64,000 nucleotides of DNA from positions 23,898-87,897 of the forward strand of contig CATMOE010000007.1 of assembly GCA_950072105.1 (NCBI GenBank), read 5' to 3'. Of this stretch, positions 38,647 to 48,146 are shown in pieces. The notes below the pieces were generated by a model. That model saw nothing but the letters and a program-made list of their open reading frames with translations, had not been told where the DNA came from and ran no database searches. Numbering within the stretch: the first letter of the stretch is position 1; every line of letters begins with the position of its first letter. The position numbers and the translations under genes were made by a program. Source of the stretch: an uncultured Dehalococcoidia bacterium (GTDB lineage: Bacteria > Chloroflexota > Dehalococcoidia > Lucifugimonadales > UBA3495).

Positions 38647-39385
38647 ATGGCCACACCGGAAACAGCAGTCGCGTTGTACAACTACGAAGCGTTCATGGGC
38701 GGAGAGTCCGATTTCATGGCCTTCCGGTCCAAGTTGCCCATCGGCTCCCCGGCGCCCGATTTCACCGCCGTGGCGTTGGACAGCGGGGAAAAAGTGCAGC
38801 TACGTGACTACTGGAAAGACGGAGACGTGGTCATCGAGTTCGGTTCACTGACTTGACCTTACTGCACGCTGCCGGAGCTGGAAACCATGGCCAAGAAGTA
38901 CGCCGACCAAGGGTTCAAGTTCGTCTTCGTCTATACATAGAGAAGCCCATCCCGGAGAGAACTTCCCTGCGCACCAAACCCTGGAGCAGAAGCTAGATCA
39001 TGCCCGCTCCCTACAGACGGTGTTGGACGTGCAGCGCACTATTCTGGTGGATGACGTGGAAGGCACGGGACACGAGCTTTACGGTACGCTCCCGAACATG
39101 ACCTATGTCATTGACCGGGGCGGCAAGGTGCTTTTCCGGTCGGATTGGACCGACCCGCCGACCATCGAACGGGTGTTGGACTACATCCTAGACGCCCGGA
39201 AGCAGCGGAGGGAAGGACTGCGGATGGCGCCCTTCTACTCTGAGATGGTGGGATACCGCTGGAGTGATCTGTCCAAGCACCATGAAGTTCTGGAAAGGGC
39301 CGGACCCCAAGCGCTGTCCGACTGGGAAGGCAGCCAGAAACGGGGAGCTCAGCAGCCACCCCGGCCCGGTCGGATACAGATCTAG
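38647..39385 (+). CDS. Iodothyronine deiodinase-like thioredoxin-fold selenoprotein (UGA at 38854; +1 frameshift near 38938, possibly a pseudogene)
   Basis: GSPAPDF, EFGSLT-TGA-PYC, then FVFVYT / REAHPGE, ILVDD, YGTLPNMTYVIDRGG. Confidence 0.75.
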
Positions 39386-39456
39386 CGCAACCCACCTCAA
39401 TCCCTGAGATTATCCCATGCAAAAAGAAATTTGCAAAGAGATGAAGAGGGCATTGC

Positions 39457-39858
39457 TTGGAGGCATTATTAGACGGTACTCCTCAATTTCTGGTGGCGGC
39501 GATCAATTCGCTAGTCGCATCAGGCATCGCACCGCATCTTGCTCGCATCGACGATTTATTCCGTAGGCAAGCGATGAGACCTACTGTTAGGGCAAAGGTC
39601 CAGTAGAACTTGCTAGTGACAACGTGGATGCTGCTCGTTGTATCAGCTTTGGTAGCAGTTATCCGAATAATTGCTAGCGGCATCGTTAGCAACTCGAATA
39701 CGCATCCATTATTCATCAATCTTGACCTAGGGATCGTTTCTTTTATGGGCTTGGCGTATTCGTGTATTTTAATCTCTGGTGTTCTTGGCTGGCGTGTACC
39801 ATGGCTATGGGGTCCGTGGCAGCGGCAGCAACGCTCAGAGGAGCCAGATGAACAGTAG
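39457..39858 (+). pseudogene. Small membrane protein with in-frame TAG at 39604
   Basis: One frame is open either side of the TAG; two hydrophobic helices; the DNA is more AT-rich than its flanks. Confidence 0.4.
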
Positions 39859-39996
39859 CCCGGTTAAAAATTAGGACACTACCAGCCTTTTGAGGTACTC
39901 TGTGACTTTGGGGGCAAACTCTCCTTTTGAGGCAAAGCTCCTCGCGAGGGATGGGAATGTTAGGATGAGGGCGCTACACCTCATAATAGGCATTCC

Positions 39997-41400
39997 TCAC
40001 ACCGGCGGCCGCATGTTGTGCCAGTCGGTTTCTTGTTCGTAGGCGTGACCCATTCGGATCAGCAAGGGCTCCGACAGGTGCTTGCCCACGAACTGAAGGC
40101 TTAGGGGCACCTCTTCACTGTTCTGTCCGCAGGGCAATGAGACGGTTGGCGCGCCGTTGAAGTTGAAAGGAACGGTGAAGCGGCCCCACTTGAGGTCGTC
40201 GTCGCCTCCCATGGGGGCCCGCAGTTGTTCCCGGGTTACCCGCCCCGGTGGCGCCATGGTTGATGGGCAGGCCAGCACGTCTATATTTTCAAACACACGA
40301 CGCAACGATCCGTTGCACTCCGCCCGCACGTTATTCGCCCTGGCGTAACCCGCGCCGGTTACTTCTGATCCTTTGTCGAGCCAGCCTTGGAACCAGGGAC
40401 CGTATTCATCTCTACGGGACGGATAGGTCGCCCGGTGGGCATCGGCGGCTTCCGCCGAGCATAGCAAGTTCCACGCCCTTGTGTATTCGTGGGTTTCGGG
40501 CATGTTCACTTGGACGATCTCCGCGCCCAACCCTTCCATCACGCTGATGCCCGCCAACACGGCCGCCGACAACTCGCCGTCGACATCCTCTTCAACGTAG
40601 CGATGGTCCAAGCCGATTCGAACCCCCCGGACGCTCTCTCCCAGTGCTGACAACATATCCGGCGCCGTTCCGGGTAGCGAAGTGGAGTCGTTGGGGTCGT
40701 GGCCGGCGATGGCCTGAAGCATGATACCGGCGTCGGAAGCGCTGCGGGTCATGGGTCCCACGTGGTCCATCGACTCGGCCAGCGCCAGGACGCCGTAACG
40801 GCTGACCAGTCCCCAGGTGGGCTTGATGCCGACGATGCCGCAGGAGGCCGCCGGAAACCGGATAGAGCCGCCGGTGTCGCTTCCCAAAGAACCGAAGCAA
40901 AGCCCGGCCGCCGTGGCTACTCCGGAGCCGCTGGACGAAACGCCGGTCCACAGATCCGGACCCCACGGGTTAACCGGGATGGGGAAGTCTGGATGATAGC
41001 CGGCCATGGCTCCTTCGGTCAGGTTCAGCTTGCCCAAAAGCACCGCGCCGGCGGAGGCTAGCTTGGAGATAACCGTGGCATCGAAATCCGGGATATGGCC
41101 GGATAAAACCGGAGTGCCGCCCATGGTGGGAACGCCTCTGGTGAAGCAAAGGTCCTTCACCGCCACCGGCACGCCGTGCAAGGGACCCAGATAACGTCCG
41201 GCGGCAATCTCATTCTCCGCTCTTTGGGCCGAATCCATGGCATGGTCGGCCATCACGGTGGCGTAGCTACTGTATCGGCCGTCCAACGCTTCGATCCTGC
41301 TAAGAATCGCTTCAGTGACTTCCACCGGGGACACCTGCTTCTCACGGATCAAACCGGCGAGTTCGCTGATCGTCAGGAAATACAAAGGTGATCCGCTCAT
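39997..41400 (-). CDS. Amidase signature (GatA-like) family amidase
   Basis: GPLHGVPVAVKD, GVSSSGS, GSDTGGSIRFPA. Confidence 0.93.
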   Translation of the reverse strand: MSGSPLYFLTISELAGLIREKQVSPVEVTEAILSRIEALDGRYSSYATVMADHAMDSAQRAENEIAAGRYLGPLHGVPVAVKDLCFTRGVPTMGGTPVLSGHIPDFDATVISKLASAGAVLLGKLNLTEGAMAGYHPDFPIPVNPWGPDLWTGVSSSGSGVATAAGLCFGSLGSDTGGSIRFPAASCGIVGIKPTWGLVSRYGVLALAESMDHVGPMTRSASDAGIMLQAIAGHDPNDSTSLPGTAPDMLSALGESVRGVRIGLDHRYVEEDVDGELSAAVLAGISVMEGLGAEIVQVNMPETHEYTRAWNLLCSAEAADAHRATYPSRRDEYGPWFQGWLDKGSEVTGAGYARANNVRAECNGSLRRVFENIDVLACPSTMAPPGRVTREQLRAPMGGDDDLKWGRFTVPFNFNGAPTVSLPCGQNSEEVPLSLQFVGKHLSEPLLIRMGHAYEQETDWHNMRPPV

Positions 41401-41443
41401 GAACTGGTTCCTCCCATGGCTTTCCGGTCGCGCGGACGACCGG

Positions 41444-42721
41444 TTATTCCAGTCCTCTCACTTGTTTGAAGGTGCCTAAAAATACAAGAGACAAGGCCAA
41501 GCTGACCGACGCGACGATGGTTAGCGCGATGGGTACGGTGGTTAGATCCATCAAGATTCCGATCAATATAATGGCGATAGGACCTAAACCGAACTCCAGC
41601 ATGTAGATGCTGGTGATCCTTCCCCGCAGCGTGTCGGGAACCATGGACTGTATCAGAGTCTGGGTGCTTACGATGAAAGTGGATTGGGATATACCCAATA
41701 TTATCAGCATCGCTATGGACAGGGTTAACCAATGGGACTGGGCCAGGACTATGACCGATATGGAGCCCAAAACCAGACATATGAGCCCTAGATTGCCCTT
41801 TTTGATGACAAATCCTATAGACGCGATGGCAACCGTAGCCGTGATGCCTCCGACCCCCTGAGCCGCCAACAGATACCCGCCAACACCGGCATCGGCGGCC
41901 AGCACTTTACTGGTGTAGGCCGGAAGCAAGGCCGGTATGGGAATGAAAACAGCATTTAATATCAGCCCCAGAACAATCAGGTGCAGAATTATCCGGTTGT
42001 CCTGCCAGATGTATCTGAACCCGTCTTTGAAGTTGGCCATGACCGACGAAAATCTGGCGGTCGATGCCTGCTGGTAGGGGGTCTTCATTGGAATCAGCAG
42101 CAAGGCCGTGCCTACGTAAGCCCCGGCCTCCACGAAGAAGTTCCACTGGATGCCAACCGTGGTGATCAGCAATCCTCCTAACAAACCTCCCGCCAGCCGG
42201 TTCACCGTGACGGTCATGGCGCTTAAAGCGAAAGCATTGCCCATGTTCTCCGGTGGTACCGTGTTGGCGATGAGGGACTGGCGGGCCGGCATGATAAAAG
42301 CGAAGCAAACCGCCGATACCGAGGCGTAGGCGAATACGTGCCAAACCTGGACGGATCCGGTAGCGACCAGGCTGGCGAACAATACGGCCACCACGGCGAG
42401 GAAGATCTGGAGGGCTATCACTAATTTGCGCCGGTCGACGCGGTCGGCAAGAACTCCCGCCCAAGGACCGATAACCAGGGTGGGTAAGCCTCGCAATCCA
42501 GCAGCGGCCCCAGAGAGGGAAGCCGATTCGGTCAGGCTCCAAACCAGCCAGCTCAAGGTGATGAACTGAAGCCACAAGGCCAGATTGTCGAAGATGCTGC
42601 CGGCCCAAAGCAACCGGAAATCGATGCTTTTCAGCGAAGCGAAGGTGTGGAGACGGGGACGCCGCCCGGAGCCCATGTGGCCGGCCGCATCGGCGCCAAC
42701 CCGTCGTTGCTCTTGGTCCAT
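41444..42721 (-). CDS. MFS transporter
   Basis: GVLADRVDRRK, PDTLRGRI, about 12 TM segments. Confidence 0.9.
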   Translation of the reverse strand: MDQEQRRVGADAAGHMGSGRRPRLHTFASLKSIDFRLLWAGSIFDNLALWLQFITLSWLVWSLTESASLSGAAAGLRGLPTLVIGPWAGVLADRVDRRKLVIALQIFLAVVAVLFASLVATGSVQVWHVFAYASVSAVCFAFIMPARQSLIANTVPPENMGNAFALSAMTVTVNRLAGGLLGGLLITTVGIQWNFFVEAGAYVGTALLLIPMKTPYQQASTARFSSVMANFKDGFRYIWQDNRIILHLIVLGLILNAVFIPIPALLPAYTSKVLAADAGVGGYLLAAQGVGGITATVAIASIGFVIKKGNLGLICLVLGSISVIVLAQSHWLTLSIAMLIILGISQSTFIVSTQTLIQSMVPDTLRGRITSIYMLEFGLGPIAIILIGILMDLTTVPIALTIVASVSLALSLVFLGTFKQVRGLE

Positions 42722-42862
42722 CAGAGCGGTCTGGTCAAGGTTTGCCGTCCCACTTGCCGGCTAATACCCAAGCGGAAGGCACCGCCACAGAAGCAGCGCA
42801 CAATATGTGTAATTATCAGTGACACTTGGCGGCCTAGACGGCGAGGACTCGCTCTTGGAGAC

Positions 42863-43807
42863 TTACTCCGCCCCTTGAAGGACGGGTTGGTCCCACAGGA
42901 CGCTGCGGAACTCGCTCAAGTCGGTGACAAGTTGGTCGATGAAGTTTTGCACTGCCGGACCCAGGTATTTCCCATTTAAAGTGCAGATACCAATAGCCGA
43001 GCCTGAGAATAGATGGTCGAGGTTGACCACGCTCAACATCTCAAGGTCTTCGGGCTGCAAGGTGAAATCACTGACCACCGCCACGCCCATATCGATCTCC
43101 ACGTATCGCTTGATGGATTGGAAACTATCCATGGACAGAGTGACGTCACACTTGATCCCATGTGCATCCAAGGCCCGTTTTACTTGTTGCCAAATCACGC
43201 TTTCCGGTCCCGGCAGAATCAAAGGCCATTCCGAAATGTCACTCAATTGAATGTTCTGGCGGCCGGCCAACTGGTGACCTTTAGGTGTCAAGAGCACCGC
43301 GTTGTACTTGAACAATTCCTGATACCCAAGGGTGGTTTCTTCGGCGGGAGGAGGCGAACATAGGGCCAAGTCCACTTCACCGGACTTGGCCAATCGCAGC
43401 AGTGAGTCATAAGGGCGGGCCAACAGCGTTATCCGTACGTCCGGGTACTGTTCGCGGAAGGGTTGGATCACCTTGGGGAGGTGGTGCATCACCAAGTCGT
43501 GATAGGCCCCAACGACGAAGGAGCCGTGCTGTTCCGGGTGGGCGATCTGGCTTTTGAGGCTGCCCGCTGCCTCCACGATGGGGATAACCAGCTTTAAAAA
43601 GGCGTTCCCTTCTGCCGTTAACTTGTAGGGCCGGGAGGACCGGTCGAACAGGGTGATTCCGAACTCGGTTTCCAGTCTTCTTACATGCTGGGAAACTACG
43701 CTTTGACCAACCTTCTGTCTTCGGGCAGCCCGGGTGACGCTGCGATAACGAGCCGTGTAGTAAAAGCTCGTCAGTTCAATAAGCCGCAAAGTGACGCTCT
43801 TCCCCAT
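42863..43807 (-). CDS. LysR family transcriptional regulator
   Basis: HTH SVTRAAR..QSVVSQHVRRLE..LFDR, followed by a substrate-binding domain. Confidence 0.92.
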   Translation of the reverse strand: MGKSVTLRLIELTSFYYTARYRSVTRAARRQKVGQSVVSQHVRRLETEFGITLFDRSSRPYKLTAEGNAFLKLVIPIVEAAGSLKSQIAHPEQHGSFVVGAYHDLVMHHLPKVIQPFREQYPDVRITLLARPYDSLLRLAKSGEVDLALCSPPPAEETTLGYQELFKYNAVLLTPKGHQLAGRQNIQLSDISEWPLILPGPESVIWQQVKRALDAHGIKCDVTLSMDSFQSIKRYVEIDMGVAVVSDFTLQPEDLEMLSVVNLDHLFSGSAIGICTLNGKYLGPAVQNFIDQLVTDLSEFRSVLWDQPVLQGAE

Positions 43808-43839
43808 TCTCAATGAGTATCACTATCGAAAATGGCATT

Positions 43840-43885
43840 ATCAATATTCGTGATGCTAATGTTATAGAGTATCTAATATTTTGAT
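43840..43885. promoter_or_regulatory. Two LysR-type T-N11-A boxes (ATC-N9-GAT)
   Basis: ATCAATATTCGTGAT (43840-43854) and ATCTAATATTTTGAT (43871-43885) in the AT-rich lysR leader. Confidence 0.55.
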
Positions 43886-44061
43886 AGTAGTCCTTGCCGT
43901 TGGTCCGTGTCAATGGAAATAATTCCAAAGAACGGTCCGGGAAAGTGTACGCAGTCAGTAGGCGTGCCGAGAACCTTTGTTCAGGATTACGAAATAGCGG
44001 TATATGAGTGTATAACCCGGCGAGGCGAGGACGTAAGGAAGCCGCGATAGGACCAAAGCGA

Positions 44062-44098
44062 AAAGAAGACCGGCGGATTTTGCCCGCCGGTCTTCTTT
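44062..44098. terminator. Bidirectional intrinsic terminator
   Basis: AAAGAAGACCGGCGG/CCGCCGGTCTTCTTT. Confidence 0.8.
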
Positions 44099-44152
44099 GA
44101 GATTCAATGGTTTATGCCTTATCCTTCCTGATCCACGAGGCACGGACAAGGC

Positions 44153-45202
44153 CTACAAGTTGCGCTGAGGTCCGGCGTACTCCTTGAGCTTGTTGTATAT
44201 CTGCAAGCGATTGCGCTGGGTGTCGGCGATCAACAGGCGGTTCTTCGCGATGTCGAAGGTCACGCCGGTGGGCATGGAAAGCCGCCATTCAATCTCCATG
44301 TTCTTAACTTCCCGGCGCCGTTTGACCGCGCCGGGGTTGGTGCCGACGATGGCTTGAGCCCACTTGGTAAGTTCTTGGGCATCCCCGGTAAAGCTGGTCA
44401 GGAATTTACCTTCCGAATTGAAAAGTTGCACTCTGTCGTTGGCCCAATCGCAGATATACACGTCGCCGTCGGGGTCTACCGTGACGGCTGACGGGCGGTT
44501 GAGCTCTCCACGGCCCGTGCCGTAGCTGCCGAACTGAGAGAGGAAATGGCCGTCAGGGCTGAACTTCTGTACTCGATGGTTCTTGTGGTCGGCAACGTAG
44601 ACATTGCCGTCTTGGTCCAGAGTGATGCCCCAAGGGGAGTCGAACTCGCCTTCTCCGTTGCCCAACTTGCCCCAACTGAGTAAAAACTTCCCGTCTTTGG
44701 TGAGTTTCTGAACCCGGTGATTGCGGCTGTCGACCACGTAAACGGCATCCTGTGCGTCAATTGCGATGCCCGAGGGACCGCTGAACTCGCCGTTCCCATC
44801 TCCGGATGTTCCCCAATCATTTAAAAAGTTGCCGTCTTTATCGAATACGGAAACCCGGTTCAGCCACTCGTCGCTGACGTATATGTTGCTTTGGCTATCC
44901 AATGCCATGCCGGCAGGCCAGATGAACTCACCCCTGGCGTCGCCGTACTTGCCGAACTCGGAGATGAACTTCTCGTCCCCCGCTTCGGTCCCTACGCTGA
45001 ATATCCCCACCCGGGCGCCGCGCCCCGACCTGTTCCAGGCGACTGTCGGGACGAATTCATATCCCCGGTTCAACACGTAAACAATGTCGCCCTCGCCCAT
45101 GGCAACGTCTACCGCCACGGTGAACCCCTCACCCGACGGGGCGCCCCGTCCAATGCTATGGCTATAGTCGAATGTGCGCCCGGCTACCAGCTGAGTTACC
45201 AT
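44153..45202 (-). CDS. NHL-repeat beta-propeller protein
   Basis: Repeated GEFxxPxGIAxDxxxNVYVxDxxNHRVQKF. Confidence 0.92.
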   Translation of the reverse strand: MVTQLVAGRTFDYSHSIGRGAPSGEGFTVAVDVAMGEGDIVYVLNRGYEFVPTVAWNRSGRGARVGIFSVGTEAGDEKFISEFGKYGDARGEFIWPAGMALDSQSNIYVSDEWLNRVSVFDKDGNFLNDWGTSGDGNGEFSGPSGIAIDAQDAVYVVDSRNHRVQKLTKDGKFLLSWGKLGNGEGEFDSPWGITLDQDGNVYVADHKNHRVQKFSPDGHFLSQFGSYGTGRGELNRPSAVTVDPDGDVYICDWANDRVQLFNSEGKFLTSFTGDAQELTKWAQAIVGTNPGAVKRRREVKNMEIEWRLSMPTGVTFDIAKNRLLIADTQRNRLQIYNKLKEYAGPQRNL

Positions 45203-45233
45203 GTATATCACCTGTTAACGGATTAGCGGCGGG

Positions 45234-45298
45234 TCCTTCGACGGGCTCAGGACGAACGGAAAATAGAACCCTTACCGTTTGTGGTGAGCCTGTGGAAT
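45234..45298. repeat. REP-like repeat family A
   Basis: TCCTTCGACGGGCTCAGGACGAACGG..CCGTTTGTGGTGAGCCTGTGGAA. Confidence 0.8.
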
Positions 45299-45309
45299 CT
45301 ATCTGGATT

Positions 45310-46437
45310 CTAGAGAAAGGCCGGCTTTTCGAAGGTCCCTTTAACTATGGGCTTGGCATCCAGGCCCAGCCAGTCCTCCAACACGGTGGAGTAGAAGCCA
45401 CGGAAGTCCAGGCTGGGTACCAGGTCGCCCTGTTCCAGGTCTTCGGCCTTGGTGGAAGGGTATTCGCCATACTGGCCGCCCTTCACCGGATCGCCAATGA
45501 CAAAGGCCACTCCAGCAGATCCGTGGTCGGTACCGGACCCGTTGTCGCGGACCCGCCGCCCGAACTCGGAGAAGAGAAGCATAACCACATTGTCCGCGGC
45601 GTCATGTTCTTTAAGGTCGGCGAAGAAATCTCCCACCGCCCGGTTCACGTCGGTCCATAGATTGGCGTGCATCCCTAGTTGGTTGGCGTGGGAATCGAAG
45701 CTGCCGTAGTCGCAATAGAAGATTCGCGTGCCCAGATTGGCCAGATGTATCTGGGCGATGTCCTTCAGCTTGCGAGCGACTATCGTGTCGCCGTACTCGA
45801 CGCTGGATGAGTACATCTGAGGAGCAGCTTTCAAGATGTCGGCTCCGGCCATCGCCTCAAGACCGGTTTCCCCCAAGTATTCCATGGCCAGATCGGTACC
45901 GATGGCCGGTGAGTACATCTGAGTGAACCGGTCCAAGATCGTGCTCCGGCGCTGGGTATCGGATATCCCGGTGAGCAAGCCATAGCTGTCCAGGGAGTCC
46001 ACGCAGGCCACCGGCACTCCGGGCAATGAGACAGCCCTGAACATACTGGGGCCGATGCTTACCGTGGTGACCACGTTTTCCTTGTGCGGGTCGATGTCCC
46101 TTGCCGCCATGCCCAGCCAACCCTCGGTCCCTACCCGGTCCGGTTCGCAGGTGTGCCAGATGTCCATGGACCGGAAGTGGGACCTTATGGAGTTGGCATA
46201 TCCGATGCCGTGGACGATGGCCACGTTGCCCTGGCCGTACATGCCGTTAATCACGCCCATGCTGGGGTGCAGTCCCAGACGGCCGTCCAGGTCGATGACG
46301 TCCCCTTCGGGTATGCGGACGCCGGGCCGGGCGTCCCAGTAACCAGAGTCGGTGTAGGGGATCACCGTATTAAGGTAGTCGTTCCCCCCGGAGAGTTGCA
46401 GTACCACCAGCACTGGGTCTTTCTTGTTACTGGTCAT
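45310..46437 (-). CDS. DUF1501 domain protein
   Basis: LQLSGGNDYLNTVIP, RSHFRSMDIW, FDSHANQ, SEFGRR, GTDHG. Confidence 0.9.
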   Translation of the reverse strand: MTSNKKDPVLVVLQLSGGNDYLNTVIPYTDSGYWDARPGVRIPEGDVIDLDGRLGLHPSMGVINGMYGQGNVAIVHGIGYANSIRSHFRSMDIWHTCEPDRVGTEGWLGMAARDIDPHKENVVTTVSIGPSMFRAVSLPGVPVACVDSLDSYGLLTGISDTQRRSTILDRFTQMYSPAIGTDLAMEYLGETGLEAMAGADILKAAPQMYSSSVEYGDTIVARKLKDIAQIHLANLGTRIFYCDYGSFDSHANQLGMHANLWTDVNRAVGDFFADLKEHDAADNVVMLLFSEFGRRVRDNGSGTDHGSAGVAFVIGDPVKGGQYGEYPSTKAEDLEQGDLVPSLDFRGFYSTVLEDWLGLDAKPIVKGTFEKPAFL

Positions 46438-46492
46438 TTTCGCTCCTTTTGGCCTAGGACTAAACCTACAAAACTTTGATCCTTTGAACACC

Positions 46493-46575
46493 ACCCCCAT
46501 CCTAACTTTCCCCCGTCGAGGGGGAAGGGATCAGTCCTCGCCCCATTTATGGGGGAGAGTTAGAGAGGGGGTGAA
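46493..46575. repeat. Tandem family B REP elements
   Basis: CACCCCCATCCTAACTTTCCCCC..GGGGGAAGGGA and GGGGGAGAGTTAGAGAGGGGGTG. Confidence 0.8.
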
Positions 46576-46606
46576 GTCGTTCTATGCACGAATGTTGCAC
46601 AGGCTC

Positions 46607-48010
46607 CTACGCGTACAGATACTCTCTTAAGGAAACCACCAACTGGAGCAACTCGCCGATCTTTTCGCCGGAGTTGCTCACGTCCTGCTCGGTCTCCCAG
46701 CGGAGTTGGCCGAACTCGGTGGCGTGGTCCACCAGAAGTTGACGGTTTTCCGAGACGACTTCCAACGGACCCATCAAGTCCAAACAGGTGTCCACCAGTT
46801 GCTCTGGGCCAAGGGTCCCTTTTTCCCTGATCCTGCCGACGATCGACTGGATGCCCGGGTGGCTAACGTCGCCCACCATGTCGGCGCAGAAGTTGATCCG
46901 CTTCATCAGCGACCCGCTGTTGATCCATTCAACTCCGGTGTGCCAACCTTCCACGCTGGGCGGATTTAGCAAGTCCTGACCCATATACCCGGCTTGCTTG
47001 GACCTTTCACCGATGCCGGGCGCCGGAAATTCGTAGCCGCCGACCATCCTCAGGGTGCCTACAACTACCTCGGCGGGGCTCTTTATCTTCGCGAACTGGG
47101 CGTTCTTGAAGAAGTCGGACATGAACAACACCCGCAGCACCGAGCGCATATCGTAGTTTGAATCGACGAAGGCTTTGGCTAACATGTCCACCGCCTCCGG
47201 GTCGTTCGGCGGCGTATCCTGCCATGACGGGACCTGAGGTTCGTCGGCAACGAAGAAGTTATAGAGATGCCGGGCGACGAAATTAGCGGTCGCCGGCTGG
47301 GAGCAAACGATATCTATGATGTCGTTGCCGTCAAGATTTCCGGTATGCCCCAGGAAGGTTTTTTCTCCGTCATCGTGGTCCTCTTCCTGGAATTCGAATT
47401 CCCAGTCGAACCGGCCGTAGGCTTGCCGAGGAATCATGGGCGAAAGGGTCCAGCCGGTGAAGGCCCGAGAGCACTCCCGGACATCGTCTTCGGTATAGTT
47501 GCCCACGCCCATGCTGAACAATTCCAGCAGCTCCCGGCCCCAGTTCTCATTAACCGCGTATGAGTGGTTGTCGCAGTTATCCAGCCAGAAGATCATCGCC
47601 GGGTTTTTTGCCAGGGCTAGGAGCAACTCACGGTAATCGCCCATCCCCTTTTCCCGGAACATGTCTATCTGGATGATGAGTTCATGGTAATGGTCGACTT
47701 TTCCGGTGCCGGTGGCGAACACATGGTGCCAAAAAAGAACCATCTTCTCTTCCAATACCCGCCCGGTGCTGACCAAATCGTGGAGCCACGCCGCTCCGCC
47801 CATGCCTGGGGAGGTTATGGGCCGGCGGTAACCCGGGTGGTACCGGAAGAACTCCAGCCGGTCCGAGCCGTTTTGGGATTCGGGGTTCAGCAGTTCCTCT
47901 ACGGTCGCCTCGTAGCCTTTGGCCGCTCTGGTTTCCAGTTCTTCACGAGTCGCGCCGAATCCGGCGCGGCGCATAAGGTGAGCCATCAAAGCTATGTTTT
48001 CACTTGCCAT
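46607..48010 (-). CDS. DUF1800 domain protein
   Basis: HLMRRAGFG, LFWHHVFAT, NENWGRELLELFSMG, RAFTGW, PPSVEGW. Confidence 0.9.
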   Translation of the reverse strand: MASENIALMAHLMRRAGFGATREELETRAAKGYEATVEELLNPESQNGSDRLEFFRYHPGYRRPITSPGMGGAAWLHDLVSTGRVLEEKMVLFWHHVFATGTGKVDHYHELIIQIDMFREKGMGDYRELLLALAKNPAMIFWLDNCDNHSYAVNENWGRELLELFSMGVGNYTEDDVRECSRAFTGWTLSPMIPRQAYGRFDWEFEFQEEDHDDGEKTFLGHTGNLDGNDIIDIVCSQPATANFVARHLYNFFVADEPQVPSWQDTPPNDPEAVDMLAKAFVDSNYDMRSVLRVLFMSDFFKNAQFAKIKSPAEVVVGTLRMVGGYEFPAPGIGERSKQAGYMGQDLLNPPSVEGWHTGVEWINSGSLMKRINFCADMVGDVSHPGIQSIVGRIREKGTLGPEQLVDTCLDLMGPLEVVSENRQLLVDHATEFGQLRWETEQDVSNSGEKIGELLQLVVSLREYLYA

Positions 48011-48112
48011 TACAACCCTCTTATCGCAGGTTTGTCAGGGGTGGATCGGATTCGGTGTCCCACAGCGTAGTTTATTTACGACGGTTCACTTGCCAGGGAC
48101 GATCTGCATCGA

Positions 48113-48141
48113 ATTATCCTGAGTGTGCTTTGTCCTGTCAA
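48113..48141 (-). promoter_or_regulatory. Sigma70-type promoter for DUF1800-DUF1501(-NHL)
   Basis: TTGACA-N17-GATAAT on the minus strand. Confidence 0.65.
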
Positions 48142-48146
48142 GCAAG

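Noticed and set aside
38938..38940. TAG as pyrrolysine or readthrough in the deiodinase-like gene
   Set aside because: The conserved REAHP motif continues in the +1 frame, not in frame
39868..39885. TTAGGACACTACC as an IS terminal inverted repeat
   Set aside because: No partner end, target duplication or transposase was identified in the window
5394..46575. Repeats as a CRISPR array
   Set aside because: They are dispersed palindromes without regular spacers, and no cas genes are present
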